DNA of 63,098 nucleotides, the filler included, from Candidatus Tectimicrobiota bacterium (GTDB lineage: Bacteria > JACPSX01): assembly GCA_016193065.1 (NCBI GenBank). It is 6 parts of 6 records of this genome, joined end to end, with 100 filler letters (N's around TTAATTAATTAA, not from the genome) between each part and the next. Parts side by side here need not be neighbours in the genome. Positions count along the whole stretch, not along the records: positions 1 to 5,502 come from JACPSX010000250.1; positions 5,603 to 9,967 come from JACPSX010000226.1; 4 more parts are not named here. One strand, written 5' to 3'. Made by a program: the position numbers and the translations under genes. Under the pieces are notes generated by a model, which saw only the letters and a program-made list of their open reading frames with translations, was not told the origin of the DNA and made no database searches. Shown here piece after piece: positions 1 through 9,070 of this stretch. Each line of letters starts with the position of its first letter. Position 1 is the stretch's first letter.

Positions 1-342
1 ACCGATGGCCGCTCCCCTGCCAGTGCGCCTGCCGCCTCCGGCAATTTCTCCGGTAGCGGCTCCCACTCCTGCACCGAGCGCGCCTCCGATCAGGGCATCA
101 GTTACCGTTTGGGCGGTCTTGTCGCCCGCAACGGACTTCGCGTACTCGTTACAAGCCGCGATATCCGTTGCCGTGGGCCTTGGTGCCGCTTGGCGGGCTG
201 GTTGCCTCGAAACGGTGGGAACAGGTGCCTCCTTCTTCTGGCTCCTGCTTGCTACCACCAATCCCGTGACGAGCGCCGTAACGACCACCAGAGCCATTCC
301 GATCGCCGTCATCTTCCAGGGATTCCAGGTATTTTTCGACAT
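1..342 (-). CDS. Glycine-zipper membrane/secreted protein, 3'-partial (runs off the contig edge; not in the ORF track)
   Basis: Manual translation MSKNTWNPWKMTAIGMALVVVTALVTGLVVASRSQKK...ACNEYAKSVAGDKT...LIGGALGAGVGAATGEIAGGG; RBS GAGGAGG upstream; paralogous to 10069-10443. Confidence 0.85.
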   Translation of the reverse strand, partial: MSKNTWNPWKMTAIGMALVVVTALVTGLVVASRSQKKEAPVPTVSRQPARQAAPRPTATDIAACNEYAKSVAGDKTAQTVTDALIGGALGAGVGAATGEIAGGGRRTGRGAAIG

Positions 343-364
343 GGCGATATCCTCCTCTAGAAAC

Positions 365-595
365 TCATCTCTTCCTGTTCACTTCATCAACGACAAGCCC
401 TCCGGCGACGCCCGCAGCGCCTCCGACAATAGCGCCGAGGACCGCACTACCGCCGGTGAGCGCTCCAATTACGGCGCCGCCAACAGTACCGATGGCTCCA
501 CCAGTCAGAGCCCGCTGCTGTTGGGGAGTCAGACCCGCACACCCCGTGCTTCCGAACAACATCACGACGATTAGAAACGCACTAATCAATCTCAT
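365..595 (-). CDS. Small glycine-zipper lipoprotein
   Basis: Start MRLISAFLIVVMLFGSTGC (lipobox-like Cys) after RBS GGGGAGG; GGAIG/GGAVIG/GAIVGG glycine zipper. Confidence 0.8.
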   Translation of the reverse strand: MRLISAFLIVVMLFGSTGCAGLTPQQQRALTGGAIGTVGGAVIGALTGGSAVLGAIVGGAAGVAGGLVVDEVNRKR

Positions 596-623
596 GACAG
601 ATACCTCCCCTGACCATTTCGAA

Positions 624-1031
624 TTACGGATCAAGCCTGCTCACGACTGCCTTTAACTGGGCGAGATCAATCGGCTTCTCAAGAAATTCCGACACCTTCA
701 AAAGCTCGGCTTGCGCTTTCACTTCCGGACCCGCGTCCGCGCTCACCACAATGATGGAAATCCTTGGGTGAAACGCCCGGAAAATCCGCACCAGATCCCA
801 ACCGCTCATCGTCAGACCGTGAACGGGCGGCAGGCCGAGGTCGATGATCGCGACCTCGAACTGGTTTTCCTTCACTTTCTTGATGGCCTGCCAGCCGTCC
901 GTAGCCGTTTCCACCTTCCATCCCCCATGCGCCAGGGACCATCTCAAGCCTTCGAGACTGTGAAGATAGGGATCTACAATGAGAATCCTTCTTTGCGCTG
1001 CCACTGATCGTCCACCCAGCTTGACATCCAT
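624..1031 (-). CDS. Single-domain response regulator (receiver only), copy 1
   Basis: ILIVD...IIDLGLP...IIVVSA...FLEKP receiver motifs; start placed downstream of the sigma-54 promoter (exact start uncertain). Confidence 0.85.
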   Translation of the reverse strand: MDVKLGGRSVAAQRRILIVDPYLHSLEGLRWSLAHGGWKVETATDGWQAIKKVKENQFEVAIIDLGLPPVHGLTMSGWDLVRIFRAFHPRISIIVVSADAGPEVKAQAELLKVSEFLEKPIDLAQLKAVVSRLDP

Positions 1032-1070
1032 GGATCTCGCTCTCAGAACACCTTTCACTTCCCCGATAAA

Positions 1071-1085
1071 GCAACCGGCGTGCCA
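1071..1085 (-). promoter_or_regulatory. Sigma-54 (-24/-12) promoter
   Basis: Minus strand TGGCAC-GCCGG-TTGC fits TGGCAC-N5-TTGC; conserved in the paralogous region at 12126-12140. Confidence 0.85.
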
Positions 1086-1192
1086 ATCACAGGCATTCAC
1101 CTCTGCCGACCGGAGAGCTCGAGTTTTCTGAGTCTTTTGAGATTCACAATTGGCCGGGTAAGGAGATACTGAGCTTGCTTGGAAGAGAAGCA

Positions 1193-1227
1193 TGTAAACT
1201 TTACACTGTGGGCCTGTAAGTGTTACG
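1193..1227. promoter_or_regulatory. Paired palindromic enhancer-like sites (TGTAA-N3-TTACA)
   Basis: TGTAAACTTTACA (1193-1205) and TGTAAGTGTTACG (1215-1227), 22 bp apart, about 110 bp upstream of the sigma-54 promoter. Confidence 0.7.
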
Positions 1228-1326
1228 CAGTGGGGCAGGTGGCATGTGACGTCGATGTCAGAGAAAATCGTTGAAGCGAAGGGAGCGCACGATTCCAGTT
1301 GCGGGACAACAACGGGGAGAGGTTCC

Positions 1327-1746
1327 CTAGCGAAGAGCGCTCAACAGTTCTTCTGCCAGAACGTAGGCTTTGTCAGCCAAGTTAAACGCCTGCTGGAACT
1401 CTTTGTTTGCGAGCGCCGCCTTTCCTCTGGCAAGGAATCCGTGGATGAAAGAAAGGGTCTCCTGTTGATCCTTGGCCAGCCTTTTGGGATCGATCCGCGT
1501 GACCATGCGCTCCGTGCCCTTGATCCGCGTATCGGCCTGCTGCCTCAACCGATCTTCTTCTGCCGGACTGAGCTGAGGAGACAGCACGGCAGGAGGCCGC
1601 GAGGGCTCCTTTTTCGCGGGTGCCGAGGGTGGAGCGGAAGGAGTGGGCGGTGCAAGGATCTCTTTCAGCCGGGTACAGCTCGTCAGGGCCAGTGCGATGA
1701 GTACGAATGCAAGGAAGTGTCCGAATGTTGGACGCAATTGAGTCAT
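1327..1746 (-). CDS. Hypothetical lipoprotein co-transcribed with the two-component system
   Basis: Signal peptide with LTSC lipobox, Pro-rich linker, helical C-terminus; overlaps the kinase stop by 4 nt. Confidence 0.75.
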   Translation of the reverse strand: MTQLRPTFGHFLAFVLIALALTSCTRLKEILAPPTPSAPPSAPAKKEPSRPPAVLSPQLSPAEEDRLRQQADTRIKGTERMVTRIDPKRLAKDQQETLSFIHGFLARGKAALANKEFQQAFNLADKAYVLAEELLSALR

Positions 1747-3572
1747 GAACGGTCCGCCTTCGCCGGGAAACGGACGACGACGGTAGTACCCTTGCCCACC
1801 TCCGAGAAGACATCAATGGCGCCGTCGTGCATCTGGACAATGCGATAGGCCAGAGACAAGCCGATTCCACTCCCCTCGGGCTTGGTCGTGTAGTAGAGCT
1901 TGAAGACCTTTTCCAGATCCTCCGGGGAGATACCGATCCCTTCATCGATAATACGCACTGTGACGCACTCCTCTTGCCTCTTCTCGCCCTCGGTCACAAG
2001 GCTGACCGTCCCTCCGGCCGGCATGGACTGGCAAGCGTTTAACACGATGTTTAGGAATACCTGGCGCAGGAGTTCCTCATCAGCCGTGACAGGGGGGAGG
2101 GAGGAATCCAACTTGAGCTCAAAGTGGATCGCTGACCTTTCCCATTCTGTCTTCAGAAGCGCTGTGACTTCTCGCAGGAGCCTGTTCAGGTCCACGAGCC
2201 TCAAGCTCAGGTCGTGGGGCCGCATGAACTTCAAAAACCCCTGGACGACGCGGTCCAGCCGGCGGATCTCGCCGCGGATGACCTCCAGGCTGTCCTGCAC
2301 TTCCTCGGGAGACCCAGCCAGTTTCTCCTTGAGCAGTTCCAGGTGGATCATCATGGCATTGAGTGGATTCTTGACTTCATGGGCGACTCCGGAGGTTAGA
2401 CTCCCGAGGGCGGCAAGCTTGGCCGAGTAACTGATGAGCGACTGAAGCGTCTTAATGGAGCCCAGGTTCTTCAGGAGGATCATGGAGCCCATCGTCTTCT
2501 GGGCATCGGACACAAAGAAATGAGAAACCAGCAACTCCTGGGGCTTGCCATATCCGGGAACGACGATGGTGGCGTTTCGGAAGCCGGTCTTGCGCTCGAA
2601 GGATCGCTCCAGGAGCGGATGCAAAGGGTGAGAGGGATCCAGGATGTGGGCGAGCCGGGATCCCACCGCTTGCTCCAGAGGCCGGCCCACGACTGCCTCG
2701 GTGGCTCTGTTGTAGAAAAGGATCTCGCCATCCTGGTTGAGGAAGACGATCCCGTCCTCCAGGTGATCGACGACCTGTTGAAGACGGGCTTTCTCGCTCA
2801 GCATCGTCAAACGGTCAGACTGGATCTGCCGTCCCAGGAGTTGGATCTGGGAAGCCAGCTCGCCTACCTCGTCTTTCCCAACCAAGTCCGCAGCCACCCC
2901 GGGCTCTCCGCGTCTGAGGCGGTCCATTTCCAGGGTGAGCGCGCGGATCGGCTTCAGGATCACGCCGGCCAGCCCCATGGCAACCAACCAGGCGACCGGC
3001 AGTGCCACACCGGCCAGAGCGACGCTCTGTCCCAGGAAGGCCTTCAACTCCCGCCTCAAAAGGGTGGTGGACACTCCAAGCTTGATATTCCCGAAGGGCT
3101 CATCGTTGAGCTTTATGGGCATGGCGACTTCGTAGATCGTTTCGCCCGCATACAAAGACCGGAAGCGCCGAACCGGATCGAGGGAAAGGAGATTTTGAAG
3201 GTTTGGCCGCTCGGGAGCGTCTGCTCCCTCCCTTTCCCCTTCGCTGCCGAGAACCACCCGGCCCGTTCGGTCGGCAATCAGGACATACAAAAGGTGGGGT
3301 GAGTAACCGACGCTGGCGTGGAGAAGGCTGCGAAGATCCCGGTCTACTTTTAACACCTGGCGGGGATCCCTGCCCGGGGCACGGGCAAGGGCGCGCCGGC
3401 TTTGCGCGTAGACCTGCCTGGCGATGAGTTGGGACTGCTCCAGTGCTTCCCGAACGACGACCCGGCTCAATTGAGAGAGGTGCACGAGCGTGGCGGTCGC
3501 CACCGCGAGGAATGTGAGCGCACTGATAGCGACCGCTTCCTTGGCCTTAATGCCGAAGCGCATCCGGGTCAC
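1743..3572 (-). CDS. Sensor histidine kinase (TM, HAMP, PAS, HisKA, HATPase)
   Basis: H-box AHEVKNPL, N-box NIVLNACQ, DEGIGI, GSGIGL; two hydrophobic segments; PAS-like DGIVFLNQDG..YNRA. Confidence 0.95.
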   Translation of the reverse strand: MTRMRFGIKAKEAVAISALTFLAVATATLVHLSQLSRVVVREALEQSQLIARQVYAQSRRALARAPGRDPRQVLKVDRDLRSLLHASVGYSPHLLYVLIADRTGRVVLGSEGEREGADAPERPNLQNLLSLDPVRRFRSLYAGETIYEVAMPIKLNDEPFGNIKLGVSTTLLRRELKAFLGQSVALAGVALPVAWLVAMGLAGVILKPIRALTLEMDRLRRGEPGVAADLVGKDEVGELASQIQLLGRQIQSDRLTMLSEKARLQQVVDHLEDGIVFLNQDGEILFYNRATEAVVGRPLEQAVGSRLAHILDPSHPLHPLLERSFERKTGFRNATIVVPGYGKPQELLVSHFFVSDAQKTMGSMILLKNLGSIKTLQSLISYSAKLAALGSLTSGVAHEVKNPLNAMMIHLELLKEKLAGSPEEVQDSLEVIRGEIRRLDRVVQGFLKFMRPHDLSLRLVDLNRLLREVTALLKTEWERSAIHFELKLDSSLPPVTADEELLRQVFLNIVLNACQSMPAGGTVSLVTEGEKRQEECVTVRIIDEGIGISPEDLEKVFKLYYTTKPEGSGIGLSLAYRIVQMHDGAIDVFSEVGKGTTVVVRFPAKADRS

Positions 3573-4917
3573 CGTAGCGATGGAGCTTGTTGTGAAGGGT
3601 CTTCAGGCCGATCCCCAGTATCTCGGCGGCTTTGGTCTTGTTGTTGTGAACAAAGGCGAGGGTGCTCAGGATCAGTTGCTTCTCGGCCTCCTCGACGGTG
3701 GTTCCCACGGGTATCGTGACGGCTTCCGAGTTTTGGTCGTGCGCCCCGACTCGAAAGCGTGGGGGAATATGGTCCGCAACGATAAGGTCACCCTCGCAAG
3801 CAATGATCGCTCGTTCGATGGTGTTCCGGAGCTCTCGGACGTTCCCGGGCCAAGGATTACTGAGCAGGATCTGGAGAGCCGCGCCGTCAATCGCTTTGAT
3901 CCGCTTCTCATATTTGCGGTTGAACTCCTCGATGAAGGCCTGAACAAGGAGGGGGATGTCATCAGTCCGCTCCCGCAGGGGCGGAAGAAAGAAGGTGAAT
4001 ACGTTCAAACGGTAGAAAAGGTCCTCCCGAAGGCTGCCTGCTTTGATGGCCTTCTCAGGATCTTTGTTGGTTGCGGCCACAATCCGCACGTCTATCTGGA
4101 TTTCCTTCTGTCCCCCAAGGCGCCGCAGCGTGCCGTCCTGAACGATGCGAAGGAACTTCGCCTGGGTGGATGGGCTCATCTCGGCGATCTCATCCAGGAA
4201 AAGGGTGCCGCCGTTCGCCATCTCAAAGCAGCCGATCCTGCGCTCCAGAGCCCCCGTGAATGCTCCCTTTTCGTGTCCGAAGATCTCGCTCTCCAGGAGC
4301 GTTTCCGGGATCGCCGAGCAATTCACCGGAACGAACGGACCGCTCCGGCGGGGGGAGAGATCATGGAGGGTGCAAGCGACCAACTCCTTGCCGGTTCCGC
4401 TCTCTCCGCAGATCAAGGCGGGAGCCGGGGTGGGAGCGGCCAGCTCGATGAGGCGGTACACCTCCTGCATGGGCTTGCTCGTTCCTACCAGATTGCCAAG
4501 CCCCCAAACCTCCTTCAGGCGCCGGCGGAGGAGGGTCACCTCGCGTAAGGTCTCGCCTTTCTCCAAGGCTTTCTGGACGAGCATTCGGAGCCGGGGGATA
4601 TCGACCGGCTTGGTCAGGTAGTCGTAAGCCCCCTCCTTCATGGCGGAGACTGCCGTTTCGATGGTGCCGTGGGCGGTAAGGAGGATGACAGCCGCGAAGG
4701 GGAGTTCTTCCTGAAGGGCTTTCAAAAGCCCCAGCCCGTCGAGCTTCGGCATGAGGAGATCAAAAATAACAACGGACGGCAGGAACGTAGCGGCCTTTTT
4801 CAGGGCTTCCTCGCCGTCCGCGGCGTCTTCGACTTCATAGCCCCAGGAGGAAAGAAGCGCCTTCAATCCCTTCCGCGAGGCCTCTTCATCATCCGAAATC
4901 AAGACCCGATGCGGCAT
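3547..4917 (-). CDS. Sigma-54-dependent response regulator (NtrC/AtoC family)
   Basis: Receiver (DDE, DLLMP, TA, KP), Walker A GESGTGKE, GAFTGA, FLDEI, WPGNVREL, Fis-type HTH; start taken at MPHRVLIS. Confidence 0.95.
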   Translation of the reverse strand: MPHRVLISDDEEASRKGLKALLSSWGYEVEDAADGEEALKKAATFLPSVVIFDLLMPKLDGLGLLKALQEELPFAAVILLTAHGTIETAVSAMKEGAYDYLTKPVDIPRLRMLVQKALEKGETLREVTLLRRRLKEVWGLGNLVGTSKPMQEVYRLIELAAPTPAPALICGESGTGKELVACTLHDLSPRRSGPFVPVNCSAIPETLLESEIFGHEKGAFTGALERRIGCFEMANGGTLFLDEIAEMSPSTQAKFLRIVQDGTLRRLGGQKEIQIDVRIVAATNKDPEKAIKAGSLREDLFYRLNVFTFFLPPLRERTDDIPLLVQAFIEEFNRKYEKRIKAIDGAALQILLSNPWPGNVRELRNTIERAIIACEGDLIVADHIPPRFRVGAHDQNSEAVTIPVGTTVEEAEKQLILSTLAFVHNNKTKAAEILGIGLKTLHNKLHRYGDPDALRH

Positions 4918-5252
4918 CGTTCCCCCTCGCCCTTCGTCTGAAACTGATCCTGCAATTGTACCGCATCCGGTGCTTGCGGGCATGGAGGAGCGCGGAACAC
5001 TCACAGGCGCCTGGTGGTCGATGGACGCATCATCTTTCGATTGTGGAGTCTTACGGTCGAGCTATGAAAAGTGACCAGCGCGGCTTTCCGAACCGAAGGA
5101 CGAACGTGCGCTGGTAAGTGAGAGGAGAGAGGCTCGCCAGGGGCGATAGGGTCATCCTGTTCGGGACTGTCCGTTCAGTGCAAGAGTCCCGAAAACTTCC
5201 CGCGCAACCAGGAGGGGGGGCCCGAAGCCGGCTTGCTAACCGCTTGATTTTT

Positions 5253-5299
5253 TGGTGGAGCTGGCGGGGATCGAACCCGCGACCTCTAGAGTGCGATTC
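5253..5299 (-). mobile_element. 3' half of tRNA-Ala(CGC): att-site duplication of an integrative element
   Basis: Minus strand GAATCGCACTCTAGAGGTCGCGGGTTCGATCCCCGCCAGCTCCACCA: anticodon loop, T-arm, U70, CCA; no D-arm or 5' acceptor strand upstream. Confidence 0.75.
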
Positions 5300-5502
5300 G
5301 GTTCCCGTCCCTCAAGGGCTCCAACCCCATCCATCTAACCCCATAAAGTTTCTATCGGTTCACCACTCCGCTTTGGGCCTGAATTGGGGCCTTTCGGCTA
5401 CAGTTCACGGACAAAACACGGACAATTTCGGGGCTCTTTTTCAGTATGCGGGCTCCGGCAACGGAACCTATTTCCAAGGAGGCTCATCCCATGAGGGGCA
5501 AG

Positions 5503-5602
5503 NNNNNNNNNNNNNNNNNNNNNNNNNNNNNNNNNNNNNNNNNNNNTTAATTAATTAANNNNNNNNNNNNNNNNNNNNNNNNNNNNNNNNNNNNNNNNNN
5601 NN
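5503..5602. other. Assembly linker
   Basis: N-run with TTAATTAATTAA. Confidence 0.99.
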
Positions 5603-5675
5603 CGTCGCGTATCGGTTGACTGTTCAAGTCCTTTATCCTTGACTGTTTCCACACGCGGTCTGGAATTTCTTTGCA

Positions 5676-5718
5676 CCCTCTCCCCCTACCCTATCACCCT
5701 GGCCCGCGGGGGAGAGGG
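5676..5718. repeat. REP-like palindrome (CCCTCTCCCCC...GGGGGAGAGGG)
   Basis: Inverted repeat downstream of the methyltransferase; same type as the coding insertions at 44738-44915 and 49604-49824. Confidence 0.6.
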
Positions 5719-5750
5719 GATCTTAGGGCGCGAATTTCTGACTCAGGATG

Positions 5751-6365
5751 CTAGGTTTTCTGCAGCCGGGCCGTGAACCGCAGGCCGTCGGAATCCATGA
5801 TGGCTCCTTGCAGCCCGCAGCGCCTCGCCAACGCCAGCAGCTCGGAGGGAAACAGGAAGGAACAGCGTTTCCTCCTGAGCAGGGAGAGGATGAAAAAGAT
5901 CCGGATGATCGGGTTGCTGCGATGGTACTCAACGATCAACACGACTCCGGCCGGGGTCAGAGTCCGAAAGATCTCCCGCAGGGCGGCCTCCTGATCGGAC
6001 ACGTGGTGGAAGACGTCGATCAGAAAGATTCCTTGAAATGACAAGCTCTTGAAGGGCAGCGCCTCGGCCCGGGCGATCGTGCGGTGAAGGGCGGGATGGC
6101 GATGGGCACGTCTCAGGACGGATCCATTTGCGTCGACGAGGTGTATATTTTTCCGCCCTTCCCCGGCCAGGAGGACCGACTGGTCTCCTGACCCGCTTCC
6201 CAAATCCAGCAGTGGCCCCGCCGACTTTTCTGTGCCGAATTCCGCCAGAAGCTTCGCCCCATGAGAAGGCGGTCCGGCGCCCCGGAGTTTTCTGTATACC
6301 CCTTCAAGGAGATCAAATACGGACATGCAGTTCTCCCAGATGAAGCCTCCGTTTCTTCTTTCCAT
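5751..6365 (-). CDS. Class I SAM-dependent methyltransferase
   Basis: LLDLGSGSG motif I, AEALPF, VFHH, LTPAGVVLI; start may be 6326. Confidence 0.85.
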   Translation of the reverse strand: MERRNGGFIWENCMSVFDLLEGVYRKLRGAGPPSHGAKLLAEFGTEKSAGPLLDLGSGSGDQSVLLAGEGRKNIHLVDANGSVLRRAHRHPALHRTIARAEALPFKSLSFQGIFLIDVFHHVSDQEAALREIFRTLTPAGVVLIVEYHRSNPIIRIFFILSLLRRKRCSFLFPSELLALARRCGLQGAIMDSDGLRFTARLQKT

Positions 6366-6507
6366 TTTCCCGCAAAACGCCCGCCGTGAAAACCAGCGAA
6401 TCCTTCACCGACTTCTTGGCTCGAAAGAGAAGAGGGGACGGCTGCCGCTTGGGGGTGTCTGTCCCGCCAGAGAGGGGAAAACAGGAGAGCAGGGAAAGGA
6501 GTCCGGC

Positions 6508-6930
6508 ATGGCGCCTCGAGAGAGAATTCTCGCTCCGATATTCCTCGTTGGTCTGGTGTGGGCCGCCCCGATGGCCTTGGCCCAGGATGCGACGGGATCG
6601 GGGCCGGTGCGGCAGCAAGCGCAGGCGAATTGGGATCAGCAGGCGGAGCAAGCCTTCGGCCTGGGACGAGGTCAGGGGCGTCAGCTCATGACCCAGGAGG
6701 AGTGGCAGGAGCACCAGCAAAAGATGCAAACCATGAGCGTGGAGGACCGGGAGCGGTACCGGCAGGAGGTTCACGAGCGCATGTCCCAACGAGCCAGAGA
6801 AAAGGGAATCTCCCCCTCTGAAAGACCGCAGCCCCGGGGGCCGATGGGCGGACCCGGCACGGGAGGGTCCGGCCGTACGGGTGGTTCCGGCATGGGAGGC
6901 CGCAGTTCGGGTGGCCGCCGCGGTCGCTAG
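6508..6930 (+). CDS. Secreted hypothetical protein (Q/E/R-rich helices, Gly-rich tail)
   Basis: RBS AAGGAG, signal peptide ending ALA-Q, LMTQEEWQEHQQKMQTMSVEDRERYR. Confidence 0.7.
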   Translation: MAPRERILAPIFLVGLVWAAPMALAQDATGSGPVRQQAQANWDQQAEQAFGLGRGQGRQLMTQEEWQEHQQKMQTMSVEDRERYRQEVHERMSQRAREKGISPSERPQPRGPMGGPGTGGSGRTGGSGMGGRSSGGRRGR

Positions 6931-7093
6931 TCTAGGGGGTGAAAAATTCAACACCTGTTCCCCCATTCCATCGAACCGGGCGGCCTCTTCCCGGCCATAC
7001 TGGCTTTTGAGGCTCATCCGCCATAGATTGAGACTCAGAAACACTGGAAGTCGGGGGGAATTCGGGGTCTGGTTTCGGAGCGGAGCGATTCAA

Positions 7094-8441
7094 ATGGTTC
7101 AAGGGCAGGACCGGCTCGGGAGCCCCGGAGTTCGTGATTCCCTGAAAATCCAAGACCTGGCCTTCATTCTGGATTCCGTGGCCGACGGCGTTTTTACCGT
7201 GGATGGGGATTTCCGGATCACCTCCTTCAATCGGGCTGCGGAACAGATTACCGGCGTTCCCAAAGAGGAAGCCTTCGGCCGGCGCTGCTGGGACCGGCCG
7301 CCCGGTCGTGAACCGTCCCGTGTACATCCTCAGACCCGAGGGCGAGCGCGTCCCCATCAGCGTCAGCACGGCCATTCTCAAGGACCGGCAGGGCAAGGCC
7401 ATGGGCGGCGTGGAGACGTGTCGTGACCTGCGTCTGGTGGAAGAACTGCGCGCCGAAATCGAAGGCCGCTACACCTTCGCCGACATCCTGAGCAAGAACC
7501 ATGAGATGCAGCGCCTCTTCCACATCCTCCCCGAAGTGGCTGAGAGCGACAGCACCGTGCTGATCGAAGGGGAAAGCGGCACCGGCAAGGATCTCTTTGC
7601 GCGGGCCATCCACGGTTTAAGCCCGCGCAAGCGCAAGCCTCTGGTGACGGTGAATTGCGGAGCCCTGCCCGACACGCTGCTGGAGTCCGAGCTGTTCGGA
7701 TACAGAGCCGGCGCCTTCACCGATGCCCGCAAGGACAAGCCCGGGCGCTTCGCCCTGGCGGAAGGGGGGACCATCTTCCTGGACGAGATCGGGGACGTGT
7801 CCCCAGCCCTTCAGGTCCGGCTCCTGCGGATCCTCGAGGACAAGACCTATGAACCCCTGGGGGGCACGGCCACCCTGAAGGCGAACGTCCGGGTGGTCGC
7901 GGCCTCGAACCGGAAGCTGGAAGACCTGGTCAAGGCGGGAACATTTCGACAGGACCTGTACTACCGGATCCATGTCGTCAAGCTGACCCTGCCCCCCTTG
8001 CGCCGGCGCCGCGAGGACGTCCCGCTCCTTGTGGATCACTTCATTGCCCGCTTCAATCGCCTGCGGGAGAAAGACGTGACCGGCGTGTCTCCGGAAGTGA
8101 TGGAGATCCTCATGACCCACGACTATCCGGGCAACGTGCGCGAGCTGGAAAACATCGTCGAGCACGCCTTTGTTCTGTGTCCGGGCGGACTTATTTTGCC
8201 CGAGCATCTGCCTGAGGCCCTGCGTCCCCAGGAGGGGGTTTCGGAACCGTCCGGGGGAAGAACACTCCAGGAGCAGGAAGCGCTCTTCCTCTACGAAGCC
8301 CTGAAACGCAACGGCTGGAACCGCCTGGCCACGGCGAAAGAGCTCGGAATCCACAAAACCACCCTCTGGCGCAAGATCAAGCAGCTGGGGATCAAGGTCC
8401 CCGGTCCGGGACGCGGGAGGGTTGCAGGATTGCAGTCCTAG
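7094..8441 (+). pseudogene. PAS-domain sigma-54 activator with a frameshift in the PAS domain
   Basis: First half of PAS (ILDSVADGVFTVD..ITSFNRAAEQITG..GRRCWD) in one frame; second half plus AAA+ (GESGTGKD, GAFTDA, YPGNVREL) and HTH in another; junction near 7293. Confidence 0.75.
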
Positions 8442-8465
8442 GACCACAAAATCTTACTGCTGGGT

Positions 8466-8687
8466 TTAAGTCCCTGGAGAAAGTGATACGCGTTGGCTCG
8501 CGAAGCGGAGACAGGCGTGAATGTCCTCGAGCTCAAGGTCAGGGTGCTCGTCCAAGATCTGCTCGGGGGTCATCCCCTCGGCCAAGAGCTCCAGCACGTC
8601 GCTCACTCGAATTCGCATGCCCCTGACACATGGACGCCCACCGCACTGCCGTGGGTTCACCGTGATCCGATCAAAGATTTGCGCCAT
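8466..8687 (-). CDS. DUF433 family protein (antitoxin-like)
   Basis: RITVNPRQCGGRPCVRGMRIRVSDVLELLAEGMT.EQIL..HPDL..EDIHACL signature. Confidence 0.9.
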   Translation of the reverse strand: MAQIFDRITVNPRQCGGRPCVRGMRIRVSDVLELLAEGMTPEQILDEHPDLELEDIHACLRFASQRVSLSPGT

Positions 8688-8726
8688 ACAGGTACCCTCG
8701 CCCGTATACTCTACCATAGTCGCGTC

Positions 8727-8790
8727 CGTCAGCGACTGCGCTCTGCGGCGGGACGCGAGGCGGCCCGTCTGCTGGAGCGCACGGTTGGCG
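8727..8790 (-). mobile_element. Degenerate integron attC-like site
   Basis: Minus strand CGCCAAC-CGT-GCGCTCCAGCAG...GCCGCAGAGCGC-AGTC-GCTGACG; 64-bp imperfect hairpin; right core site decayed relative to GTTGGCG. Confidence 0.6.
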
Positions 8791-9061
8791 ACCTCCCTCG
8801 AAGGCGCGCGACCTTCTCTTTAGGTAGCTCGCGCAAGAATTCGGGAGCAAAGTCCGCGCCATTTGGCCACACAACGGTTCCAGCAACCGGGTCCAGTACG
8901 ACACGCGAGAAGTACTCTGGATCTCGCAGCGGCTCGAAGACGGGGCCCTCGAGCTCGGGGAAAAGGTTTACGCGCCGCAAGGCGCCATCATTGAAGCGGA
9001 TCGCGAGCGAATGCGGTCCCACCAGCTCCACCGCCTCAATTCTAAGGATTGCTTTTGACAT
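8729..9061 (-). CDS. DUF2442 family protein
   Basis: LAIRFNDG...GPVFEPLRDPEYF..V..D...GTVVWPNGADFAPEFL. Confidence 0.9.
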   Translation of the reverse strand: MSKAILRIEAVELVGPHSLAIRFNDGALRRVNLFPELEGPVFEPLRDPEYFSRVVLDPVAGTVVWPNGADFAPEFLRELPKEKVARLRGRSPTVRSSRRAASRPAAERSR

Positions 9062-9070
9062 GTTCGCCTC

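Noticed and set aside
1-260. Possible direct overlap of contig 1 with the start of contig 3
   Set aside because: The sequences differ by many substitutions and an indel (KKEAPVP versus KKEEAKPPP), so they are paralogs or strain variants rather than an overlap.
1032-1193. N-terminal extensions in the ORF track (also recX, dxr, ccdA, dsrE2, cysK, NIL)
   Set aside because: They run through promoters, repeats or neighbouring genes; downstream starts fit RBS positions or family N-termini better.
5253-5330. Intact tRNA-Ala
   Set aside because: The 5' acceptor strand, the D-arm and most of the 5' anticodon stem are absent.
5503-5602. TTAATTAATTAA palindrome repeated five times within N-runs
   Set aside because: Artificial contig linker with stops in all frames; ORFs ending in X..LIN are artefacts.
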